DNA of 64,000 nt from Nostoc sp. DedSLP01 (GCA_034530875.2 JAVRCJ020000005.1:64001-128000); one strand, 5' to 3'; shown: positions 1 through 10,109, counted from the stretch's first letter. Notes: generated by a model from the sequence alone, not told the origin. A program made the numbers and translations.

Positions 1-53
1 GAGACACGCCCAGTTAATACCCAAACGGAAACTTCAGAATATCGAGAGCGCTA

Positions 54-749
54 GTGCCTAATTTTTTACCCCACGACATAATTCTCGTGCCTCAAGGTGC
101 AGAATATCAAGCCGTGTGCCGAGGATTACGCGGTGTTACTGGCTTTATACCGACAGTATTACCCATACCTATTGGGATGAAGGCTTTACTTCAATACTTG
201 CAAGAATCCTCAGAAAATAAACAATTTTTAGCCCCACAATCTAGAGTACTGATTTTAGGTTTGTGTGGCAGCTTGAGCGATCGCTACACTGTTGGTGATG
301 TTGTGCTGTATCAAAATTGTCTTTATCAAGACAAGCGGCAAGAATGCGATCGCTCTTTTACAGCAGAGTTACGATCGGTACTTCCCAATCCCCACTCTCC
401 AGTCAACGCCTTGACGAGCGATCGCGTCATTTCCTCCGCGGCTGAAAAACGCCGTCTGAATGAGAATTTGGCGGTTGATGTTGTTGATATGGAAGGATTT
501 ACTGCCCTAGAGTTTTTTAATGCAGCTGGGGTAGCGGTGGCAATGTTGCGAGTAGTCAGCGATGATTGTCAGCATGATATCCCTGACCTCACAGCAGCGA
601 TCGACTCTGATGGTTCCCTGCGTCCTTTGCCTCTAACAATGACAATGATTCGCCAACCTATAGCTGCGGCTCGGCTAATTCGAGGTTCGTTAACAGCATT
701 AAAAGTGTTAGAGAAAATGACAAATTCGCTCTTTTTCCCAAGAAGCTAA
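54..749 (+). CDS. Nucleoside phosphorylase-family protein (PNP/MTA-SAH nucleosidase fold)
   Basis: GLCGSL...VGDVV and VDVVDMEG...LRVVSDD motifs typical of the PNP_UDP_1 family. Confidence 0.8.
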   Translation: MPNFLPHDIILVPQGAEYQAVCRGLRGVTGFIPTVLPIPIGMKALLQYLQESSENKQFLAPQSRVLILGLCGSLSDRYTVGDVVLYQNCLYQDKRQECDRSFTAELRSVLPNPHSPVNALTSDRVISSAAEKRRLNENLAVDVVDMEGFTALEFFNAAGVAVAMLRVVSDDCQHDIPDLTAAIDSDGSLRPLPLTMTMIRQPIAAARLIRGSLTALKVLEKMTNSLFFPRS

Positions 750-804
750 AATAATTTGTTGCACAATTAATAGCACAAGATAATAGATAAGACTCCTCAA
801 CAAG

Positions 805-1079
805 CGATCGCCTATTGTCTGCGAAATCCTCGATCTTCATACAACTGCTAGTATGTATCCGGCAATTTCTACTGAGGATTTGTTAAATATTCCGATCGCG
901 CTACCAAAAGAATCTACTCGCCAGAAAATAAAAGAAAAGGTCAGAGGATCTCGCAAAGCGCGGGAGCAATCCAAACAATTGCTAAAACATGAGTAGAACG
1001 GGCGATTGAGACCCATGAAGCGACAGCCACAACTTGGATAAACCAGCAACTTGAAGCTTTGGAGGTAGAACTGACATGA
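805..1079 (+). pseudogene. 3' remnant of a type I restriction specificity subunit (HsdS-like) gene
   Basis: Frame from 805 reads RSPIVCEILDLHTTASMYPAISTEDLLNIPIALPKESTRQKIKEKVRGSRKAREQSKQLL. After a frameshift it reads KT*VERAIETHEATATTWINQQLEALEVELT*. The YPAIS..L.NIPI.LP...QKI pattern followed by a coiled coil resembles the HsdS conserved region. No start codon or N-terminus. Confidence 0.65.
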
Positions 1080-1749
1080 TTGCTCAACCTGAGACCAAAT
1101 GTTACACCGTTGAAGAGTACCTGGAACTTGAATTCGCCTCCGACATCCGCAACGAATACCGCGATGGAGAAATTGTCCCTATGACAGGTGGAACCCCAGA
1201 CCATAATGATATTGCCAGCAACCTTGTGGCTATCCTTAAAACAGCATTGCGGGGAAAGCCTTGCCGTGTATTTATCCTGGATCAGCGACTCTGGATTCCC
1301 GATGCAAATCTCTATACTTACCCTGATGTGATGCTTGTGTCCAAACCCTTAGAACTTCAAACTGGACGCAAAGATACCGTGGTGAACCCCTGCTTTATCG
1401 CTGAAGTGTTATCTAAATCCACCCAAAACTATGACCGTGGCGATAAATTTGTTGCATATCGTACAATTCCTACCTTCCAAGAATATCTGCTGATCGACCA
1501 ATATCGCATACACGTTGAACATCATATTAAAACAGCCCCTCATCAGTGGCTATTCTCAGAATACGACGATCCAACTGTCACCCTTTCTTTAAGTACCTTT
1601 GAGTTGCAAATTCAAATTGCAGAACTTTACGAAAATATTGATTTTTCCACCGTTTGAGTTGAATGGGTAAAACATGGGTAGAACAAGTAATTGAGGCTGA
1701 TGAAGCGGTAGCCATAACTTGAATAAACCAGTAACTTGAAGCTATTGGC
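983..1749 (+). repeat. Imperfect ~80-bp direct repeat pair (983-1062 and 1668-1749) bracketing the Uma2 gene
   Basis: taaaacatgagtagaacgggcgattgagacccatgaagcgacagccacaacttggataaaccagcaacttgaagct vs taaaacatgggtagaacaagtaattgaggctgatgaagcggtagccataacttgaataaaccagtaacttgaagct. Confidence 0.85.
1076..1657 (+). CDS. Uma2 family (DUF820) PD-(D/E)xK endonuclease-fold protein
   Basis: YTVEEYL..E, EYRDGEIVPMTGGTPDH, YPDV, AEVLSKST..YDRGDKF. Confidence 0.92.
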   Translation: MIAQPETKCYTVEEYLELEFASDIRNEYRDGEIVPMTGGTPDHNDIASNLVAILKTALRGKPCRVFILDQRLWIPDANLYTYPDVMLVSKPLELQTGRKDTVVNPCFIAEVLSKSTQNYDRGDKFVAYRTIPTFQEYLLIDQYRIHVEHHIKTAPHQWLFSEYDDPTVTLSLSTFELQIQIAELYENIDFSTV

Positions 1750-1789
1750 ATTAATTTATCAAATTCAACTTAAATTTAATGAAGGCATA

Positions 1790-1999
1790 ATGTCTGAGAT
1801 TACTTTAAACCCGGAACAACTCAAATAAATTTTGAAAAGTGCGATCGTCGAATTGATTCGCGATCGCCGGAAAGAAGTCTCTGAATTTTTGGCAGAAATT
1901 ATTGAAGACTTAGCAATGGAACGTGCGATCGCAGAAGGTGAGACCACTGAACTAGTCAGCCGGGACTCCATCTTTCAACTTTTGGAGCCGAAATCGTGA
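1790..1999 (+). pseudogene. Small antitoxin-like gene with a premature stop
   Basis: MSEITLNPEQLK*ILKSAIVELIRDRRKEVSEFLAEIIEDLAMERAIAEGETTELVSRDSIFQLLEPKS; TAA at 1826-1828; C-terminus (AIAEGE...VS...IF) typical of antitoxins upstream of RelE/ParE toxins. Confidence 0.65.
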
Positions 2000-2049
2000 A
2001 AGTCGAGTTCAGAAAAAGCTTTGAACGACCACTTAACATCTGGGAGTAG
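1996..2049 (+). pseudogene. N-terminal stub of a RelE/ParE-type toxin
   Basis: GTG overlaps the preceding TGA (GTGA coupling); MKVEFRKSFER resembles a RelE N-terminus; ORF ends after 17 codons. Confidence 0.55.
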
Positions 2050-2051
2050 CA

Positions 2052-2291
2052 ATGAAAGCACTTAAAGTCATGGCGACAATTAATGAGGAAGGACAACTCA
2101 CCTTAGATCGTCCTCTCACAATAGATAAAAATAGCCGTGTAGAAGTCATTGTTTTAATTCCAGATGAGGAAACCCTAGATGAGACATCTCAGGCAGAAGT
2201 ATTAGCAGATTTCCGGCAAGCTTGGCACGAAGCCATGACTGGACAAACGATTCCCGTTGCTCAACTTTGGGAAGGTCTTGAAGATGACTGA
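2052..2291 (+). CDS. Putative type II antitoxin (orphan)
   Basis: 79 aa, acidic; C-terminal FRQAWHEAMTGQTIPVAQLWEGL resembles cyanobacterial antitoxins preceding RelE/HigB-like toxins; GGAG RBS upstream. Confidence 0.6.
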   Translation: MKALKVMATINEEGQLTLDRPLTIDKNSRVEVIVLIPDEETLDETSQAEVLADFRQAWHEAMTGQTIPVAQLWEGLEDD

Positions 2292-2424
2292 TGTTACTAA
2301 TAACCGCACCTCTAGGGACGGACACCACTACTACTGCAAAGATTAAAACGCCTTAACATTTCGTTACACTAAAGACATCGAGAGCAAAGCAAAGCTCTTG
2401 CAATTGAAATCAAAGGTGAACGAC

Positions 2425-3549
2425 ATGAATGGCACAATTCGCGTTGGTAATCTCTTCGGAATTCCCTTCTATATCCATCCGTCGTGGTTTTTAGTTCTCG
2501 GTTTGGTAACTTGGAGCTATAGCAGCGGACTAGCGGCGCAATTTCCTCAATTATCTGCGGGATTGTCTTTGCTACTGGGATTGATGACAGCGCTGATGTT
2601 GTTCGCCTCTGTCGTCGCCCACGAATTAGGACACAGTTTTGTTGCTATAAGTCAGGGAATTGATGTCAAATCAATCACACTGTTTATTTTTGGTGGTTTG
2701 GCAAGCTTAGAAAAAGAATCGAAAACTCCTGGTGAAGCGTTTTGGGTAGCGATCGCCGGGCCTTTAGTTAGCTTACTACTGTTTGGAATCGTTACAGCAA
2801 TCGGTATTACGACTTCTGTCTCAGGGCCTCTAGCTGCAATTCTCAGTGTTTTAGCTGCTGTTAACTTGGCATTAGCATTATTCAACCTGATTCCTGGCTT
2901 GCCTTTAGATGGGGGTAATATACTCAAAGCTATTGTTTGGAAAATTACAGGCAACCCTTATAAAGGCGTAACTTTTGCTAGTGCAGTTGGGCAAATCTTT
3001 GGTTGGGTAGCAATTCTTTCTGGCGTACTTCCATTAATATTATTTGGCAGCTTGGGTAACTTCTGGAACTTGTTAGTTGGCTTCTTCTTGTTGCAAAATG
3101 CTGGGAATGCGGCTCAATTTGCCAGAGTGCAAGAAAAACTCAATGGTTTAACAGCCGAAGATGCTGTAACTGCCGATAGCCCGATTGTATCTGCTAATCT
3201 GACTTTGAGAGAGTTTGCCGACGAACGGGTTATGAACGGCCAAAATTGGCAGCGGTTTTTAGTGACTGATGATGAGGGACAATTAGTAGGTGCGATCGCA
3301 CTTGATAACTTGCGAAGCATCCCAACAGCACTGTGGTCTGAAACTCAAGTGAAAGAAGTCACCAGACCAATGACAGAATCCCCCACAGTTCAATCAGATA
3401 AACCTCTGCTGGAAGTTATGCAGCTACTGGAACAACAAAAGCTCTCTGCGCTTCCTGTAATTCGTAACAACGGCGTTTTGGTCGGAATCTTAGAAAAAAC
3501 TGCAATTATCAGATTATTGCAAAGCCAAACCCTGCCAAACCCTGCATAG
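2425..3549 (+). CDS. Site-2 protease (M50) with CBS domains
   Basis: HELGH zinc motif, NLIPGLPLDGG, C-terminal CBS pair; ATG at 2425 preferred over TTG at 2398. Confidence 0.93.
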   Translation: MNGTIRVGNLFGIPFYIHPSWFLVLGLVTWSYSSGLAAQFPQLSAGLSLLLGLMTALMLFASVVAHELGHSFVAISQGIDVKSITLFIFGGLASLEKESKTPGEAFWVAIAGPLVSLLLFGIVTAIGITTSVSGPLAAILSVLAAVNLALALFNLIPGLPLDGGNILKAIVWKITGNPYKGVTFASAVGQIFGWVAILSGVLPLILFGSLGNFWNLLVGFFLLQNAGNAAQFARVQEKLNGLTAEDAVTADSPIVSANLTLREFADERVMNGQNWQRFLVTDDEGQLVGAIALDNLRSIPTALWSETQVKEVTRPMTESPTVQSDKPLLEVMQLLEQQKLSALPVIRNNGVLVGILEKTAIIRLLQSQTLPNPA

Positions 3550-3581
3550 TTATTTCCAAAAACAATCTTCTCTCTTCAACC

Positions 3582-3609
3582 TCCCTCAGAAATCCTGAGG
3601 GATTTTTTT
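3582..3609 (+). terminator. Rho-independent terminator
   Basis: tccctcag-aaatc-ctgaggga followed by T7. Confidence 0.8.
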
Positions 3610-3668
3610 GCGAATTGCACGAACTTGTAGCCAAATCTTTGCGTTCCTTAGCAATTTGAATTGAAGAA

Positions 3669-3944
3669 GAATTCTGAATTCTGAATTCTGAATTCAGAAT
3701 TCAGGAGTCAGAATCAAGACGCTCGCGGACTCGCTAACGCTTCGCTATCAGTCGCGGGTCTGAATCCCCGACTGATTGTTTTGCACCAAATCGTAGATTT
3801 GGCGGGGGTCTTAAACCCAGTTATTCAGACGCGACGCTCGAATACTCGCTAACGCTGCGCTATCGCGGACACGGCGAATCGCTGCTCTATCCGCCAGTCG
3901 GACTCCAATTCATACTGAATTCTGACGACTGACTCCTGAATTCT
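3669..3944. mobile_element. MITE-like element with 16-bp terminal inverted repeats, adjoining (GAATTCT)n, with two nested SDR-like inserts
   Basis: agaattcaggagtcag (3696-3711) / ctgactcctgaattct (3929-3944); internal copies gacgctcgcggactcgctaacgcttcgctatc (3718-3749) and gacgctcgaatactcgctaacgctgcgctatc (3833-3864). Confidence 0.65.
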
Positions 3945-3973
3945 ATCTTGATAACAATTCGGCAGATATATTG

Positions 3974-4001
3974 TTAGGGGCGTGCAGTTGTACGCCCCTA
4001 A
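3974..4001. repeat. REP-like palindrome
   Basis: ttaggggcgtgca-gt-tgtacgcccctaa. Confidence 0.65.
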
Positions 4002-4133
4002 ATTCGATCCATTTGCGATCGAGATTTTTTGAGAGACACATAATACTTACATAAGTGAAAAGTTAAAAGTCCAAATAAATATTGAATTCATCTTTCTTTT
4101 TACTTTTGACTTTTTACTTATGGAAGCCTGTAG

Positions 4134-4838
4134 TTAATTCTTGTGCAAGGATTTTTTACGGGATATCAGGTAAATTCCTACCAGGGATAAACCTGCTATT
4201 GTTGCAGGTTCAGGTATGGGCTTGATTGTGGCAAAAATAGATGTTTTAACAGTGCCTTGTTCAAGCGCTCCAATTTTCAATTGAGAAGCATCTGGATTAA
4301 ACCCTGTTAGCTCAAGTGTATATTTCTTACCTTCAAACGCGAAACTGTTATCATTCAATTTTCCGTCTATAGATACATAATCCGCATTTTCTTGAGGATT
4401 TTTTGATTCATTGGGTGTATTGATTAAACGGAAATTGAAGTCAAAAGCTTGGTCGATTCCAGCAGGAGATGTCAGGGATAAATTGAGTGCTAAAGGTACA
4501 AATTCAACACTTGTTTTCTCGAGTACTGTCTCGTTAAAATATGTCAATTCACCTATTTTAAAGACAGAATTAGTATCTGCAAAAAAGGAACTTCCATCAA
4601 AGATTACTTTATTTGGAGATGTTGATGGCGAAGAAGCTTGACCCCAAGTAAATATGTTCGTTCCCACACCTGTATGTTTAGGATTGGTATTGATGGTTCC
4701 TGGAGTAGGCGTCTTCCATGTACCACTGGAGGTACCAGAAAAAGAGAAAGCTTGTGCTTGACCAAAGAAAGCAAATACTGTGGTCGCAGTCACAAAAGAA
4801 CTAGATATGGCAGTCGCAAAAACTAGACTTCGTTTCAT
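4134..4838 (-). CDS. PEP-CTERM sorting domain protein (choice-of-anchor K-like domain)
   Basis: Signal peptide ending AQA; C-terminal IPEPATIAGLSLVGIYLISRKK; FTWG / GELTYFN / NTPN..AD core. Confidence 0.85.
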   Translation of the reverse strand: MKRSLVFATAISSSFVTATTVFAFFGQAQAFSFSGTSSGTWKTPTPGTINTNPKHTGVGTNIFTWGQASSPSTSPNKVIFDGSSFFADTNSVFKIGELTYFNETVLEKTSVEFVPLALNLSLTSPAGIDQAFDFNFRLINTPNESKNPQENADYVSIDGKLNDNSFAFEGKKYTLELTGFNPDASQLKIGALEQGTVKTSIFATIKPIPEPATIAGLSLVGIYLISRKKSLHKN

Positions 4839-5110
4839 AAACTTAGGTTTGAATTCTCATCCTGGAGTTTCTCTCAAGTCGGCCTCCAGTCTACCTTAGT
4901 TAATTTACGGAAAATACGCCAATATCTTTTTGTAGTTTTTATGAAATACTTATTCTTTTTTAATAAAATCTTTTTTAATAATTTATACTTATAAACTCTA
5001 ATTTATGGTTATTTAAATAAATTTATGATTTTTTCTACTAGGTTAGCCGATTATCTTACTAGATGTCAAATTAACATCAAGTTGATGTTTTGTATATCAA
5101 ATAATAGCAT

Positions 5111-5155
5111 AAGGGCAGATAATTCATAAGCTGGGCTTATGAATTATCTGCCCTT
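5111..5155 (-). terminator. 20-bp perfect hairpin downstream of chlP (terminator or mRNA stabiliser)
   Basis: aagggcagataattcataag-ctggg-cttatgaattatctgccctt. Confidence 0.7.
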
Positions 5156-5211
5156 GATTAGAGTATTCAGAACCGACTAAATGCTCTACTTCTACCAACA
5201 GTACTACTAAC

Positions 5212-6432
5212 TTAAGGTGCGAGGGCATTACCCCGAAGTAAACTAGCAATAGTTTTGGCAGTAATTTTCAATTGGGTGATGGGATTAGCTGGAACAACCG
5301 TTTTATACAGATAGCTATCAAACGTTAGCCGCTGTACATCGAGGTCATCGCACATTTCCACAAAGGCTTCGCGGGTAGCGTCGGAACGATAGAAAACGGT
5401 TTGCAGAATGTCCAACACTTTATAAGTGAGTCCGTATTTTTTATCCCAACGCTTCAAGTAAATCTTGAGGTCATTTTCTGTGGGAATGCGGTTACCACCG
5501 TTAGATGTTTCAACAATGGTTTCTGCACACATCCGCCCAGATTTGGCAGCAAAATAAATGCCTTCACCGGAAGACTTGGTAACGTAACCAGCAGCATCTC
5601 CTACTAAAGCGATGCGACCGACTACGCGACGGGGACGGGGATGTTCGGGAATGGGATGTGCTTCTACTTTGATGATTTTACCGCCTGCCAGCTTTTCGGA
5701 TGCACGAGCGCGGATACCAGCTTGTAATTGTTTGATGCTGGCTTTATTGACGTGCATCGTACCGGTACCAACAGCTACGTGGTCGTATTTGGGGAAAACC
5801 CAGGCGTAGAAGTCAGTGGAAACATCATTACCGACATACATTTCAGCGAGGTCGTTGTAGTATGCCATTTTGTCTTCGGGTAAGCGAATCCGTTCTTGGA
5901 AGGCGATCGCATAATTATAATCCCCTGCATCCATTTCTTTGGCAACACGGGAATTTGCGCCATCAGCCCCAATGATGACATCCACTTTTAGAGATTTGGC
6001 AATACCTTGCGCACCACCTTCTGTATGGTCAACGTAATGGATGGTATAGGGATCGGTATTGTTTGCTGGTATATCAAGTTTATGAACGGTGGCATTTATT
6101 AAAGTTGCGCCGAGTTTTGCAGCACGATTGCGCAAAAAGCCATCTAGCACTTCCCGGCGGCACATTCCTATATATTCTTCTTCATTTACCAGATTGATAT
6201 CGACTTCGCGGTTGGAAGGCGAAATCATTTTCATCTTCCGCACGCGGCGATCGATAATCTCTGGTGGTAAGTCAAACTCACCCACCATACACAGGGGAAT
6301 TGCGCCCCCACAAGGCTTAGCATTGTCTAGCTTCCGTTCAAACAGGTAGGTTTCAATCCCAGCTTTTGCCAATGTTTCAGCGGCAGAGGAACCAGCAGGG
6401 CCTGACCCAATAACAGCAACCCGTAGTGTCAA
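5212..6432 (-). CDS. chlP: Geranylgeranyl reductase
   Basis: LRVAVIGSGPAG FAD motif, NAKPCGGAIP, GDAAGYVTKSSGEGIYFA; TTG start at 6432 with GGGAG upstream. Confidence 0.97.
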   Translation of the reverse strand: MTLRVAVIGSGPAGSSAAETLAKAGIETYLFERKLDNAKPCGGAIPLCMVGEFDLPPEIIDRRVRKMKMISPSNREVDINLVNEEEYIGMCRREVLDGFLRNRAAKLGATLINATVHKLDIPANNTDPYTIHYVDHTEGGAQGIAKSLKVDVIIGADGANSRVAKEMDAGDYNYAIAFQERIRLPEDKMAYYNDLAEMYVGNDVSTDFYAWVFPKYDHVAVGTGTMHVNKASIKQLQAGIRARASEKLAGGKIIKVEAHPIPEHPRPRRVVGRIALVGDAAGYVTKSSGEGIYFAAKSGRMCAETIVETSNGGNRIPTENDLKIYLKRWDKKYGLTYKVLDILQTVFYRSDATREAFVEMCDDLDVQRLTFDSYLYKTVVPANPITQLKITAKTIASLLRGNALAP

Positions 6433-6668
6433 AGGTCTTTCTCCCAATCTTCACATTTACCGAGAGCATACTACCACGGTCTTTCGGCTGATTTGCCGCT
6501 TTACCTCCAGGTTTTGACTGAAATGCAATATTCCTTAACTTTTTGAAACAAAAAGCCCGATTGAGAATCAGAAATTTGGTTTCAGGCAGAAATACTGGTA
6601 TAATTTTTTATATCACACTGATAAGTTGCTCTTCATTATTAATAAATTATTTTTGACAAAGGTATTTT

Positions 6669-8111
6669 ATGCCTCAGAATCTTGAAAACGATTTTCTACA
6701 ACAAGTTCGTAAGCTGAAGCAGAAAAAAAGAAAACGCATGGTTTGCAGGGCTGGGGTAGTTTTGCTAATTTTCGGTATAGTCAATACCTTGATATATCTG
6801 TTTTATCAAGGCAATTTCATCTGGAAAATAGGCAGTTCGAGTATTAATAACGCAACAGTTGCGTTGATTATTCTAGCGCTAATTGTAATTTGTGCTTTAA
6901 TTATTTTTATAATCAACCGAAGTTATATAGCTCGTTATCAATTTTCTCTATTTATTCGGTATTTCAATCGTTTCAAACACGTTAAGCCTAAATATATATT
7001 AGGTTATAGCTTAGTAATATTAGCATTAATTTATCAAACTAATCAGTCTTTTTTCATTAACCAAATTAATGGTTTAGTTACTCATATAGTATATAAACCT
7101 GTACCTCCTACATTAAACTCGCCTTGGCCGTGGAAAGATAATGCAATGATTCATCCAATCGTTGCAAATATGCCATCTAATATAGAAACAAGTATTGAAT
7201 CTGTTGCTAAATATATTGCTCAAAATGAATCAGATCCATACTTAAGAGTTAAAGCTATACATGACTATGTTGTTAGTCGAGTTAGTTATGATTTAGAGGT
7301 TTTGAAAACAGGAAAAAGACCTCCTCAAGATGCTAAAACTGTTTTTTTAACTTATAAGGCGGTTTGTGAGGGCTATGCTAATTTATTCATGGCATTGGGA
7401 CGGGCTATAGGTACAGATGTTGTTTATATTAGAGGAAAAATTCGTCGAGATTTGGCTCCTATAGAGTTAATACCTCAGTTTTTTAGGCTGTTAAATTCTG
7501 GTTATGATTGGACAAATCACGCTTGGAATGCAGTCAAAATTTTAGATAATTGGCAATTAGTTGATACGACTTGGGATGATAGCGAATCTAGCGAATTTGG
7601 CGCTTCATACAGTGCAGACTATCTGACGCTTCCTCCTGAAATAATGAGTATCAGCCATTTTCCCAACCAATTAGATTGGCAACTTTTAGCTAACCGTGAA
7701 GATTACAATACATTTGAAAACAAACCACTCCTGACACCTCAGTTTTTTATTGAAGGTTTAAAGCTGATTTCACCAACTGTATATCAAACAAATGTTCAGA
7801 AAGTTGGTGAAATTAAAATTGTTACTTACCAAAGTTACGACAAAAAGATTGTAGCCTTATTTACTAAATCAAAGAAATCTGAGTCTTCATTTTGGAATTT
7901 TCCAGAATCTGGGAATTTGCTAAAAGATAATGAAGATAGTCAAGGAAAACTACGAAATATAAAAAAATGTCAGACTCAAGCAAACTCAACAGGAGATACT
8001 GAAATCTATTGCCAGTTTCCAGAAGCAGGAGATTATGAAGTTTTTGTTTTAAGTCTTGGAAAAAAAGTGAATCTTTTAGGTCAACTAAAATTTCATGCTC
8101 TACTGCACTAA
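6669..8111 (+). CDS. Membrane-anchored transglutaminase-like domain protein
   Basis: N-terminal TM helices; catalytic-triad motifs VCEGYANLF, HAWNAV, LVDTTWD. Confidence 0.85.
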   Translation: MPQNLENDFLQQVRKLKQKKRKRMVCRAGVVLLIFGIVNTLIYLFYQGNFIWKIGSSSINNATVALIILALIVICALIIFIINRSYIARYQFSLFIRYFNRFKHVKPKYILGYSLVILALIYQTNQSFFINQINGLVTHIVYKPVPPTLNSPWPWKDNAMIHPIVANMPSNIETSIESVAKYIAQNESDPYLRVKAIHDYVVSRVSYDLEVLKTGKRPPQDAKTVFLTYKAVCEGYANLFMALGRAIGTDVVYIRGKIRRDLAPIELIPQFFRLLNSGYDWTNHAWNAVKILDNWQLVDTTWDDSESSEFGASYSADYLTLPPEIMSISHFPNQLDWQLLANREDYNTFENKPLLTPQFFIEGLKLISPTVYQTNVQKVGEIKIVTYQSYDKKIVALFTKSKKSESSFWNFPESGNLLKDNEDSQGKLRNIKKCQTQANSTGDTEIYCQFPEAGDYEVFVLSLGKKVNLLGQLKFHALLH

Positions 8112-8222
8112 AAGTCAGAATTGCCTAAATCTTATTTATCCAAAAATAATAATCTGTGGTATATATAGGACACAGTAATCCTAGCGAGAAACTGTAGATT
8201 TAGTTGCAGAGGTATAGCAGCA

Positions 8223-9239
8223 GTGGGTATTGTAGTTGAGAACGTCTCTAAACAGTTCGGGAGTTTCAAGGCAGTAGATGGCGTCAGTTTGGAAATTAAG
8301 AGTGGTTCGCTAGTTGCATTGCTAGGGCCATCGGGATCGGGTAAATCTACTCTGTTGCGGTTAATTGCAGGTTTAGAAATGCCTGATAGTGGGAAAATTC
8401 TGCTGACTGGCAAGGATGCGACATATCAAAGCGTCCAAGAACGAAATATTGGGTTTGTGTTTCAGCACTATGCTTTATTCAAGCATTTGACTGTGAGGCA
8501 GAATATTGCTTTTGGCTTAGAAATTCGCAAGGCACAGCCAAAGAAAATTAAAGGGCGTGTAGATCAGCTGCTAGAATTGGTGCAATTGACTGGACTAGGC
8601 GATCGCTATCCTTCACAACTTTCTGGCGGTCAAAGACAACGAGTAGCATTAGCAAGGTCACTGGCAGTAGAACCAGAAGTTTTATTACTGGATGAACCTT
8701 TCGGCGCACTGGATGCTAAAGTCCGCAAAGACTTACGCGCTTGGTTACGGGGATTGCATGATGAAGTTCATGTTACCACAGTTTTTGTTACCCACGACCA
8801 AGAAGAAGCAATGGAAGTCTCAGACGAAGTTGTGGTAATGAATAAAGGACGCGTGGAACAGGTAGGAACGCCAGCAGAAATTTACGATCATCCTGCTACC
8901 GCATTTGTAATGAGTTTCATCGGCCCTGTGAACGTATTGCCTAGCAGCTCGAAGATTTTTCAAAGTAGTGGATTTGATGCACCCCATCCACAAGTATTTT
9001 TGCGCCCCCAAGATATTATTTTAGAAACTAGTCCTAACGGTACCACTACACCTGCTACAGTCAGCCGCTTGATACATTTAGGTTGGGAAATTCAGGTAGA
9101 ATTGACTTTCGATGACGGGCAAGTAGTGACGGCGCATTTAACACGCGATCGCTATAATCAATTAGAGTTAGAACCAAAACAGCGGGTCTATGTAAAGCCA
9201 AAGGATGCGAAGTCTTTCCCGCTGTCGTATTCAATTTAG
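8223..9239 (+). CDS. cysA: Sulfate/thiosulfate ABC transporter ATP-binding subunit
   Basis: [49 protein letters not shown] tail. Confidence 0.93.
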   Translation: MGIVVENVSKQFGSFKAVDGVSLEIKSGSLVALLGPSGSGKSTLLRLIAGLEMPDSGKILLTGKDATYQSVQERNIGFVFQHYALFKHLTVRQNIAFGLEIRKAQPKKIKGRVDQLLELVQLTGLGDRYPSQLSGGQRQRVALARSLAVEPEVLLLDEPFGALDAKVRKDLRAWLRGLHDEVHVTTVFVTHDQEEAMEVSDEVVVMNKGRVEQVGTPAEIYDHPATAFVMSFIGPVNVLPSSSKIFQSSGFDAPHPQVFLRPQDIILETSPNGTTTPATVSRLIHLGWEIQVELTFDDGQVVTAHLTRDRYNQLELEPKQRVYVKPKDAKSFPLSYSI

Positions 9240-9349
9240 AATGTTGCTAGTTTGTTTACGCTCAAAACCCCAGATTAATAGGTGAGCTCCACAGTTATTA
9301 TTTTGGGGTTTAGTTAATAAAAATTCGTAATTCGTAGTTGAGAATCCAC

Positions 9350-9930
9350 TTATCTAGTTATAGGTGGTAAGATTTCCCAAACTGCAATACTTAAATCAGG
9401 AAATTCTAAAGGTGAAATAGTCGTATCTTCTGCTAAAATCACTTCGCTTTGATAGCCATTCTCAGTCGGTTCTCGAAAGATATGTAATTGACGGCTAACC
9501 ACATCTAGCACCCAATAATCTGTAATTCCAGCTTGAGAATATGCTTTAGCTTTAGTTTCACAATCTAGTCTCAAGCTACTATCTGCTACTTCAATAATTA
9601 GATAAACTTCTGTTGGGGTGGGATGATGGTCTGCATAGTCCAGCGGATCTACTTTTACAACAGCGATATCCGGTTCTGGTTCAGACCGTTCATTTAACTT
9701 TACTGGGTCTTGAATAGATACCCAAGCCCGATTTCCTAATTTGTTTTTGAGTAAGTAATCTGTTCTACCCACAGCTGACCTATGGGCTGTACCTTTGGCA
9801 ATCATCCAAATTATTTTTCCTTCAAGCAGTTCCACGCGTTCATCTGCACCGAAAATCCCAGCCTCAGCCATCCGGTGATATTCTTCAACCGTCCACAAGC
9901 GAAGTTTTAATGCGGGTTCTGTGTTCTGCA
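9350..9930 (-). CDS. Uma2 family (DUF820) protein
   Basis: WTVEEYHRMAEAG, SEPEPDIAVV, IIEVADSSL, YWVLDV; start placed approximately at MQNTE. Confidence 0.9.
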
Positions 9931-10109
9931 TAGCTTGTTTCGCAACTGTGACGAAAATCAATATCCTAGCATTGTTAGCTTAGCAAAATAATGATAATGT
10001 GCGGTTTAAATAGCAATTCCAATAAAGAAGAATTCATCAATACAAAGATAAAGTATTAAATTCTTCTGAAGTCTGAATTCTGAATTCTGGATTCTGAATT
10101 CTTACCAAA

